From a virus (lineage: Duplodnaviria; Caudoviricetes): a stretch of DNA of 52,220 nt. This document shows positions 45,274 to 52,220 of the stretch, piece after piece (the stretch's first letter is position 1; every line of letters starts with the position of its first letter). The stretch covers positions 1 to 52,220 of the IMG/VR virus record IMGVR_UViG_3300014962_000011, one strand, 5' to 3'. The notes below the pieces were generated by a model. It saw only the letters and a list, made by a program, of their open reading frames with translations. It was not told the origin of the DNA and searched no databases. A program made the position numbers and the translations under genes.

Positions 45274-45659
45274 AATCAATTCAATCAGTAATCGGCCAGA
45301 AGGTGGCGATACACTGCGAGACGGAGCAGCAGTTCCTTGAAATATCTGAGTTGCTAAAGTATGAGTGGGTATGGCCTTTAACCACGTACAATATGTTTAT
45401 GGAGTTCTCTGCTATCCGTTGCGACATGAAAAAATGTGGATATGTTGACGGCTACCGAGACGAAGGCTACACCATCCTCCCCGCGTCGGACTTTCTCGAC
45501 AAGAGCGATGTGGATGTGGCGGGCGCTATGAACACAATAGTAGACGGCTTAGGCAGGCTACATGAACTGCAAGAACCCGACAGCTACGCAAAGGCCCTCG
45601 CAACGAACTTGATTAATCAACTCCAAATCCTCAAACAACACTTAAAAAGCAAAATATGA
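45270..45659 (+). CDS. hypothetical protein
   Basis: ATGA overlap. Confidence 0.6.
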   Translation: MKSIQSVIGQKVAIHCETEQQFLEISELLKYEWVWPLTTYNMFMEFSAIRCDMKKCGYVDGYRDEGYTILPASDFLDKSDVDVAGAMNTIVDGLGRLHELQEPDSYAKALATNLINQLQILKQHLKSKI

Positions 45660-45928
45660 AAAGCAACACACTCAGCAAAATCGACAAGAAGCATTACACC
45701 TTATTAGGCGCAAAGCAGGACGAGCCACAAAACATATCATTCACCCATGCAGAGCTGCGCGAACATTCGCAGGTGAACCCCGGCAGGTGGCGAATAATGC
45801 ATGAGGCAGATAATCGCCGTGAGCGCCGTTCCTACCTGACAAAAAAGAACCGCAAAAGGTATCTGCGCGACTTTCCAAATCAAATAGATATACCCAAACG
45901 CATTGAGCACATAATATCACACAAATAA
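45656..45928 (+). CDS. basic hypothetical protein
   Basis: ATGA overlap. Confidence 0.55.
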   Translation: MKSNTLSKIDKKHYTLLGAKQDEPQNISFTHAELREHSQVNPGRWRIMHEADNRRERRSYLTKKNRKRYLRDFPNQIDIPKRIEHIISHK

Positions 45929-45936
45929 CCGCCGCC

Positions 45937-46359
45937 ATGAACGACCTGAAACAATCTATAATAGCCGACCTACACCACATACTGTACGGTCTGACGCTCC
46001 AAAGCGATAACGACAATTGGGACTTGCGTGTTGCTATGGCTAAGTGCATAATCAACCAGCACAATGTATACTTCAAAGACGACAGCGACGTAAAAGGCGC
46101 GGAATACTGGCAGAACGGGACAGATGCAAGCGAACATTTCTTTATGACCGCCGCTCCTGGAATCGTGCCGACAGTGACAGAATTTGAGCTGATGTGTGAA
46201 AACTACATGGATTGGCAGATGTGGAGTGATGTACAGGCAGTTAAGCCTATCGACCAAGCACTTGACCTATTCGGAGCACTCGGCAAGATACTGCGCCCTG
46301 AACCGACCGGAAACTACGAAGTAACAATGCTTGTTTCACCTGTTAAAAAAGTAGCGTGA
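45937..46359 (+). CDS. hypothetical protein
   Basis: Early operon ORF. Confidence 0.55.
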   Translation: MNDLKQSIIADLHHILYGLTLQSDNDNWDLRVAMAKCIINQHNVYFKDDSDVKGAEYWQNGTDASEHFFMTAAPGIVPTVTEFELMCENYMDWQMWSDVQAVKPIDQALDLFGALGKILRPEPTGNYEVTMLVSPVKKVA

Positions 46360-46360
46360 T

Positions 46361-46708
46361 ATGTGTAACACAAACTATAACACCGGACTTGCCAAATGGA
46401 CGCACGGCGAAGAAATGCGTGGTGACTGGCATAAGTACTTGGGGCCATGCCCGAAGTGTGGCTCCCCTACGTTTGACTATGGCGGCGGATGGAGGTGTCT
46501 AGCAATGTATTGCTTCAACAACGCATCAAATCCCGCCCCAAGTGTTGGGCCTACGCCTACATGGTGGAATAAAGGCATTCAAGTTGTTAGGGATGGTAAC
46601 GCATGGTGCGCTCACGGCGCTGACTTTCTAAATCTGCAAGAAAGCAACTGTGCTTTTGGGAGTACGCCGGATGAGGCCGTTAGTGAGTATTTAAAAATAG
46701 CAGCATGA
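46361..46708 (+). CDS. zinc-ribbon hypothetical protein
   Basis: CPKCG...CLAMYC; DGNAWCA...NLQES...FGSTPDEAV. Confidence 0.65.
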   Translation: MCNTNYNTGLAKWTHGEEMRGDWHKYLGPCPKCGSPTFDYGGGWRCLAMYCFNNASNPAPSVGPTPTWWNKGIQVVRDGNAWCAHGADFLNLQESNCAFGSTPDEAVSEYLKIAA

Positions 46709-46789
46709 CACCCCTAATAATCCTCCCCGCTCTCCCGCTATTCTTATCAATCGCAATAGCAATTATTTGGCCTCCTAAAAAATAGAGAA

Positions 46790-47095
46790 ATGAAGAAGAT
46801 AGAACTCAACCCGATACGCGAATGGGAAGAAAAGGACGGGAAGCGACTTACTGGCGGCATACGCCTCTACATAGGTAATCTGCACATTGGTACATGCCAC
46901 CCACGCAAAAACCTAGATGGAGACATTCAAAAGTACGATTTCATTTCAATGATGCCGGATGTCACATACCATATGAGCACAAAGAAAAAGACGATGGAAG
47001 AAATAAAGACAGAGGTAGAAGTGTCATTTAAGGAACTAGGAGCAAAAGTATTCAAGACAATTAGAACATTAACCCCATTAAAGCAAAAACAATGA
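46790..47095 (+). CDS. hypothetical protein
   Basis: Early operon ORF. Confidence 0.6.
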   Translation: MKKIELNPIREWEEKDGKRLTGGIRLYIGNLHIGTCHPRKNLDGDIQKYDFISMMPDVTYHMSTKKKTMEEIKTEVEVSFKELGAKVFKTIRTLTPLKQKQ

Positions 47096-47399
47096 AAGTA
47101 TACATCTCAGGTAAGATTTCCGGCATGAACCAATCAGAGGCTGAACAGATTTTTGAAAGCATGGAGCAAAAGACAGGGGTTTCTATAACGCCTACACTCC
47201 TTACAACAGGCTATTCAGCAAGCTATTTTATTCGGGTGGCGCAGTGTCTTTCAAAAAGGATATAGCGCCTGAATTTAAATCGAAGGCGTGGCCATATTGC
47301 CGCGCCCTTATGAGCAGCTTTGAGCCTAAACATGAAGATAAAGAGGCTGTTTGCGCTATGCTCATGTCTGAACTATTAGAAATAACAACTCCCGCCTAA
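47092..47399 (+). pseudogene. out-of-frame fusion of a DUF4406-like N-terminus and a headless conserved ORF
   Basis: MKVYISGKISG... runs into nonsense, stop at 47265. The -1 frame from about 47165 reads AKDRGFYNAYTPYNRLFSKLF...SFEPKHEDKEAVCAMLMSEL to 47399 with no start. Confidence 0.55.
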
Positions 47400-47428
47400 C
47401 CGCGTAATTATAAAATAAAGAGAAAGAT

Positions 47429-47647
47429 ATGAACACAAACAGACTAATAGGCGTTGGTAAAGACGCAAACGCGCTAACAATAGTAGGCGCTGAAATATCC
47501 ATAGAGCAATTTATGAGGCACGGGGAACAGCATTGGGGTATGGCTGTTCAAATATCCAAGTACTCGCTAGACGATGTTCTATTGGGTCTACTGGAAGACT
47601 ATGACATAGATGTAATAATTAAAAACCTTAAACAGCTAAACTCATAG
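47429..47647 (+). CDS. hypothetical protein
   Basis: Early operon ORF. Confidence 0.55.
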   Translation: MNTNRLIGVGKDANALTIVGAEISIEQFMRHGEQHWGMAVQISKYSLDDVLLGLLEDYDIDVIIKNLKQLNS

Positions 47648-47764
47648 CCATGAAGCTCCACATCGCCGCACTCCCGTACCCAAAGAGCCCGAAACGCCGG
47701 GTAAAACGAAACCTGCTGTTAGCGTTTTATGCAGCTTTGAACAACATCAATAAACAGTAAAAAC

Positions 47765-47983
47765 ATGATACTAGCAAAAGACGCAAAGCGTAACGCCGAA
47801 AACTTTAGTTCGCAGTCTGAATTGGATGAAATATACCAACAGATAGAGCGCATATCGCTTCATGGCGTAACATTCTTGTACTCCGGAAAGTACCTGATAG
47901 AATCGGACATAAAAGCGCTGGAAAGCAACGGGTACACCATAAGAATATCCGAAGTAAACAAATGCCACAGAATAGAGTGGTAA
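47765..47983 (+). CDS. hypothetical protein
   Basis: Early operon ORF. Confidence 0.6.
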   Translation: MILAKDAKRNAENFSSQSELDEIYQQIERISLHGVTFLYSGKYLIESDIKALESNGYTIRISEVNKCHRIEW

Positions 47984-48011
47984 TCACTTTTCATCAATAA
48001 ACAGTAAGAGT

Positions 48012-48863
48012 ATGAGCAACACAACACAAGTACAGAAAAAAACAGGCATCGCAGCCATATCAGAATACCTTAACGGCGGAGCGGTAGCTAAGAAGTTTGA
48101 AAGCATGATGGGCAAGCGGTCAACGCAGTTCATTACAAGCGTAATGCACGTTTGCGCCAACAATGAGCTATTAAAGAACGCCCTGCCCGAAACGGTCTAC
48201 CAAGCGGCAGCAGTAGCAGCTACGCTGGATCTGCCAATCAACAACAACCTGGGGTTTGCCTACATTATCCCTTACAAGGAAAAGCGCGAAGACGAACAAG
48301 GGCGCACCTATGATGTAGTAGTAGCTCAATTCCAGATGGGTTACAAGGGATTTATTCAACTGGCACAGCGTAGCGGTCAATTCAAGTACATAGGGGCAAG
48401 CCCTATATTCGAGGGGCAGCTAATAGAAAACAACCCGCTTACCGGCAACATCTTCGACTTTTCCAAAAAGAAGTCCGACACCGTAATAGGCTATGCAGCC
48501 GGATTCGTCCTTCTCAATGGCTTTGACACCACATTTTACATGCCGGTTGAAAAAATACACGCTCACGCCAAAAGGTACTCAAAGACCTATGAGAACAAAA
48601 ACGGTCGCTGGAAGCTGGACTTTGAAGGCATGGCAACCAAGACGGTTATTAAGTTGCTCCTGTCCAAATACGCCCCGCTATCAGTAGAAACAATCCAAAG
48701 CGCGGTAATGTTCGACCAAGCCACCATAAAGGACTTTGAGACAAAAGAAGTTGAGTACACGGACGCGGTAGAGGTGGAGCAGCACGTATTGGATGCTGTA
48801 AACATCGACAAAAAAGCAGTAGAAGCGGCAAAAACATCACAGCCAGAATTAAACATGCCATAA
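48012..48863 (+). CDS. recT: RecT-family single-strand annealing protein
   Basis: AATLDLPINNNLGFAYIIPY...AQFQMGYKGFIQLAQRSGQ...GYAA...HAKRYSK...MATKTVIK. Confidence 0.9.
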   Translation: MSNTTQVQKKTGIAAISEYLNGGAVAKKFESMMGKRSTQFITSVMHVCANNELLKNALPETVYQAAAVAATLDLPINNNLGFAYIIPYKEKREDEQGRTYDVVVAQFQMGYKGFIQLAQRSGQFKYIGASPIFEGQLIENNPLTGNIFDFSKKKSDTVIGYAAGFVLLNGFDTTFYMPVEKIHAHAKRYSKTYENKNGRWKLDFEGMATKTVIKLLLSKYAPLSVETIQSAVMFDQATIKDFETKEVEYTDAVEVEQHVLDAVNIDKKAVEAAKTSQPELNMP

Positions 48864-48864
48864 C

Positions 48865-50967
48865 ATGAGCCAGTACAAAGAATATACCCCCGAGCAGGTT
48901 GAAGGTCTGGTAAGCCAGTTCCTTGTAAGCAGTTGGAGCTTTTCCCGCGTGTCAACGTTTGCGCGAAATGAAAAGGCTTTCGAGATGCAATACATCTTTA
49001 ACGTAGCCGCAAAGCTGTCGGCAACCACCATAGCGGGGCAGGCATACCACGCGGCGGTAGAGGCGTATTTCTTTAACCGCAAACGGGGGCATACGCTGGC
49101 GCTGGCAGACTTGGAAATTGTTTCTTTCAACTACATAGATGAAGTAAAGGCTAACCGATGGAAGATACAGAAAACAACGCCAACCATTGACGAATGCAGG
49201 GCTAAGGCTACGCAGTTGGCTACTATGCTGGTCAGGAACTTCTTCGCGGAAATATCGACCTATGAGGAAGATATAAAGGAGATAATAGATGTTGAGGTGA
49301 AATGCGAGGAGTTCCTGACCATTAATGGGGTAGACGTACCGCTGCCATGCCATGCGCGTATCGACCTAGTGGTAAGGACGAAAAGCGACCGTGTGGCGAT
49401 TGTTGACCATAAAAGCCGGTCCGGATATACATCAGACGATGAAATAGCAATGTCCATAGGCAGGCAGGCAATAACCTACATAAAGAGCTATGAGGCTAAG
49501 ACCGGGCAGCCAGTAGATGAAGTTTGGTTTATAGAGAATAAAACATCTATGAACAAAGACAAGTCACCACAGCTTAAAGCCTTTAAGATTGTGCTCGACG
49601 CTGATACCCGCAAGCTATACGAATCCCTGCTTTATGAGCCACTACGCCGCATGATAACAGCCGTAAACGACCCGGATTATGTGTACATGATGAACGACAC
49701 AGACAACTATGTAGACCGGGCCGAAATGTACGACTTCTGGGCGCGTACCATGATAAGCGAGGTTGACGACTTCAATGTAGACACGAGCAAGCGCGACCTA
49801 ATAACCAAGCGTCTGCGAAAAATACGGGACGCATCCGCGCCAATGGTAAGCCCACAGGTAATAAAACAGTTCAAAGAAAACGCAGCATCATTCATTCAAT
49901 ACGATTTAAGCCATACTAATATGACACCAAGCGAAAAGATAGAGCACGTACTACGCAGCTTTGGCATTATTGCCCGAGTCGCCCACCAGATGCAGGGATA
50001 TTCCAGCGATACATTCTTACTTGAAGTGTCCGCCGGGGTGCAAATATCCTCCATGAAAAAACACAGGCTGGACATTGCCAACGCCCTCGACGTTTCAAAC
50101 GTCCGTTTCTCTGAAAACCTTGTAATGCATGAAGGGAAGTCTTACATATCTGTAGACTTTTCAAAGAAGCGCGACCGGGATTTGATTTTCGACGAATCAG
50201 CTTTGGTTGGTCGCAGGTTGCCGCTGGGTAAGGATAATTTCGGTAATACCGTTGTGTGGGACTTGGATAACCACGCCACCCCTCATATGTTGATATGCGG
50301 GCAGACGGGTAGCGGCAAAAGTGTTAGCATACAATCAACTATTGAGTATGCGATACAATCCGGGATTGACAATATTATCATTCTCGATCCAAAATTCGAG
50401 TTCACAGATTATAATGACGTGCTGGGCATAACTGTAGTTAATGAAATTCTCGCCATAGAAAAGGAAATGGCAAAGCTGGTAGAGTACATGAATGAGCTAG
50501 TTCGCACAGGACGCAAAGAACCCACGCTTGTTGTGTTTGATGAGTTCGCGGACGCAGTGGCACAGTCGCGTAAAGGCAAAGAGCTGGACATAATGGAAAT
50601 GGTTCAGACCGGCACATATAAGAATGGTGCGCCAAAAATGGACTTAAAGAAAACAGGAGAACTTAAATCACTAGAGGAAAACCTACGCATACTGCTGCAA
50701 AAAGGACGCTCGTCTGGATTCAGGATAATAGCCGCTACGCAGCGTGCATCGGTTAAGGTAATCACAGGAGACGCAAAGGTGAATTTCCCTGTACAGGTTT
50801 GTTTCCGCGTACCAAAAGAGGCGGACAGCCGGGTAGTACTTGACGAAGCCGGGGCCGAATCATTAGCCGGCATGGGTGACGGGCTTATCAAGTCACCAGA
50901 GTACACGGAAACGGTTCGATTCCAGGCATACTACAAACCAAAGACTAACAAGGTAAAAGCCGCCTAA
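48865..50967 (+). CDS. PD-(D/E)XK nuclease fused to an FtsK alpha/beta motor
   Basis: N-terminal WSFSRV...GQAYH...E...RIDLV...IVDHKS...QAITY. FtsK alpha VLRSFGI...GVQISS...DIANAL. ATPase PHMLICGQTGSGKS, ILDPK, VVFDEFAD, GRSSG...ATQR, DSRVVLD..GAESLAGMGD. Confidence 0.88.
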   Translation: MSQYKEYTPEQVEGLVSQFLVSSWSFSRVSTFARNEKAFEMQYIFNVAAKLSATTIAGQAYHAAVEAYFFNRKRGHTLALADLEIVSFNYIDEVKANRWKIQKTTPTIDECRAKATQLATMLVRNFFAEISTYEEDIKEIIDVEVKCEEFLTINGVDVPLPCHARIDLVVRTKSDRVAIVDHKSRSGYTSDDEIAMSIGRQAITYIKSYEAKTGQPVDEVWFIENKTSMNKDKSPQLKAFKIVLDADTRKLYESLLYEPLRRMITAVNDPDYVYMMNDTDNYVDRAEMYDFWARTMISEVDDFNVDTSKRDLITKRLRKIRDASAPMVSPQVIKQFKENAASFIQYDLSHTNMTPSEKIEHVLRSFGIIARVAHQMQGYSSDTFLLEVSAGVQISSMKKHRLDIANALDVSNVRFSENLVMHEGKSYISVDFSKKRDRDLIFDESALVGRRLPLGKDNFGNTVVWDLDNHATPHMLICGQTGSGKSVSIQSTIEYAIQSGIDNIIILDPKFEFTDYNDVLGITVVNEILAIEKEMAKLVEYMNELVRTGRKEPTLVVFDEFADAVAQSRKGKELDIMEMVQTGTYKNGAPKMDLKKTGELKSLEENLRILLQKGRSSGFRIIAATQRASVKVITGDAKVNFPVQVCFRVPKEADSRVVLDEAGAESLAGMGDGLIKSPEYTETVRFQAYYKPKTNKVKAA

Positions 50968-50970
50968 ATT

Positions 50971-51234
50971 ATGACAGTCACAATCCACGGTATAGACTAC
51001 GAATGCAGCCCTGAGCTGGCAGAGGTTGTAAAGCAGCTTTATGACGAAGGGGTGCGCCTGAACCAGCAGGTAGAAACTATGGTGCAGACCATTGCAAACT
51101 ACCAGATGAAGAATGAAACAGCGGTGGCGCACCCTACAAGGGAAACGAGGTTACAGGTGTGGAAGGCTAAGAAGCAGCTATTGGAGTTGATACCAAAGAA
51201 CAAGATTGAGCAATTACAATTTTTCAGAGCATAA
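50971..51234 (+). CDS. coiled-coil hypothetical protein
   Basis: Directly downstream of the nuclease-FtsK gene. Confidence 0.6.
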   Translation: MTVTIHGIDYECSPELAEVVKQLYDEGVRLNQQVETMVQTIANYQMKNETAVAHPTRETRLQVWKAKKQLLELIPKNKIEQLQFFRA

Positions 51235-51264
51235 ACCCACCCCACTCTCAGAAAAGATACAGGT

Positions 51265-51576
51265 ATGAAGCAACACAAATTCAAAGCACAGCGAACAGAA
51301 ATAGACGGGATAAAGTTTGCCAGCAAGAAAGAGGCTAATAGGTATGTGATACTAAAGCTAATGGATAAACAGGGGTATATACGAAACCTACGCCTGCAAG
51401 TCCCATACGATCTGAATCCCGGCGGCGCGTTCAAATATCGCTACTTCGCTGACTTTGTTTATGAGCAGGGTAATGATACGATTGTCGAGGATTGCAAGGG
51501 GTATTTAACAAGAGAGTACAAAAAGAAACGCGCTTTGATGCTAAAGATACACAACATAAAAATAAAGGAGGTATAG
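51265..51576 (+). CDS. DUF1064-family PD-(D/E)XK nuclease (putative resolvase)
   Basis: DGIKFASKKEANRY...LRLQVPY...YFADFVY...VEDCKG...YKKKR. Confidence 0.85.
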   Translation: MKQHKFKAQRTEIDGIKFASKKEANRYVILKLMDKQGYIRNLRLQVPYDLNPGGAFKYRYFADFVYEQGNDTIVEDCKGYLTREYKKKRALMLKIHNIKIKEV

Positions 51577-51577
51577 T

Positions 51578-52144
51578 GTGGAAATTATTTCATGGAAGCC
51601 GGTAGTAGGCTATGAAGGATTGTACGAAGTGAGCGACATGGGACGCGTGCGCAGCCTACATAAGAATACAAAGTCATCTAAGGTTGCTGGCAACATAATG
51701 CGTTTACACGCAAAACCAAAAGGGTATTTAGGAGTATCGCTTAGTAAGAATGGAAAGGTGTCCACTAAAATGGTGCATAGAATTGTCGCTATTGCGTTTA
51801 TATCCAACCCGTTTGGCAAGTTGACAGTAAACCACAAAGATGCAGACAAGCAAAACAACAGAGTAGATAACCTAGAGTGGGCTACGCAGTTAGAAAATGT
51901 CCAGCACGCTCGTGCTTTGGGGTTACAGCCGCCCATGTCCCCAAACTGTTGGGCTGCATCTACAAAAGCTATATCCAAAAAGGTGAGCATGTATTCAATT
52001 TCTGGAGATTATATCAGATCATTCCCTAGTACGCACGAAGCTTTCCGAGTTACAGGAATTTCTCAAACCGGAATATCGAAAATATGCCGTAATAAGATTA
52101 AAAATCCTACTAGGTATGTTTTCAAATACGACAACAAGCATTAA
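51578..52144 (+). CDS. NUMOD4-HNH homing endonuclease with C-terminal NUMOD1-like domain
   Basis: WKPVVGYEGLYEVSDMGRVRS; VHRIVA..F; VNHKDADKQNNRVDNLEW; FPSTHEA. Confidence 0.9.
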   Translation: MEIISWKPVVGYEGLYEVSDMGRVRSLHKNTKSSKVAGNIMRLHAKPKGYLGVSLSKNGKVSTKMVHRIVAIAFISNPFGKLTVNHKDADKQNNRVDNLEWATQLENVQHARALGLQPPMSPNCWAASTKAISKKVSMYSISGDYIRSFPSTHEAFRVTGISQTGISKICRNKIKNPTRYVFKYDNKH

Positions 52145-52220
52145 CAACCATTTTAACAACCATAACGAGAAAGTATGAAAAAAGTAACAACAGTAGCTCT
52201 ACTGGCATTGAGCATGGCGA
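52144..52220 (+). repeat. 77-bp direct repeat, copy 2
   Basis: Identical to 1292-1368. Confidence 0.95.

Noticed and set aside
48865-50967. Cas4 or FtsK-type genome packaging ATPase
   Set aside because: No Fe-S cysteines or cas context, and the phage already has terS, terL and portal for packaging.
1-52220. CRISPR array, diversity-generating retroelement or retron
   Set aside because: No regularly spaced repeats, no reverse transcriptase motifs and no TR/VR pair seen.
1-52220. Stop-codon recoding as in some Bacteroidota phages
   Set aside because: Long conserved genes are intact in the standard code, all three stops end genes, and there is no suppressor tRNA.

Overview
This window is an essentially complete temperate siphovirus-like phage genome from a Bacteroidota host. 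Host evidence: TTTG-N19/20-TAnnTTTG promoters, a Bacteroidetes-type integrase and Gln-after-signal-peptide proteins. The last 77 nt (52144-52220) exactly repeat 1292-1368, so 1292-52143 (about 50.85 kb) closes into a circle and 1-1291 is probably an alternative branch from a variant genome. Layout: + strand early and replication genes (43089-52144 continuing into 1323-12271: cro, recT, a nuclease-FtsK fusion, DUF1064, HNH, initiator, primase-helicase, a half MTase, a second tyrosine recombinase). The - strand late region (40428 to 12384) holds terS, terL, portal, scaffold, a tRNA island, major capsid, neck, tail, tape measure, signal-peptide-bearing tip proteins, holins, a u-spanin, an HhH glycosylase and a GH108 endolysin. 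The lysogeny module (40969-43313) has the integrase, an attP matching a tRNA-Asp 3' end, cI and cro. Most notable: (1) RecT paired with a PD-(D/E)XK nuclease fused to an FtsK alpha/beta motor; (2) putative virion tip and decoration proteins that all carry cleavable Sec signal peptides; (3) a TTCC-N7-GGAA operator at late promoters; (4) several ORF-less promoter-terminator small-RNA units and anti-start-codon tracts; (5) a P4-CI/C4-like RNA switch ahead of the replication genes. All family calls come from motif recognition by eye; no searches were run.
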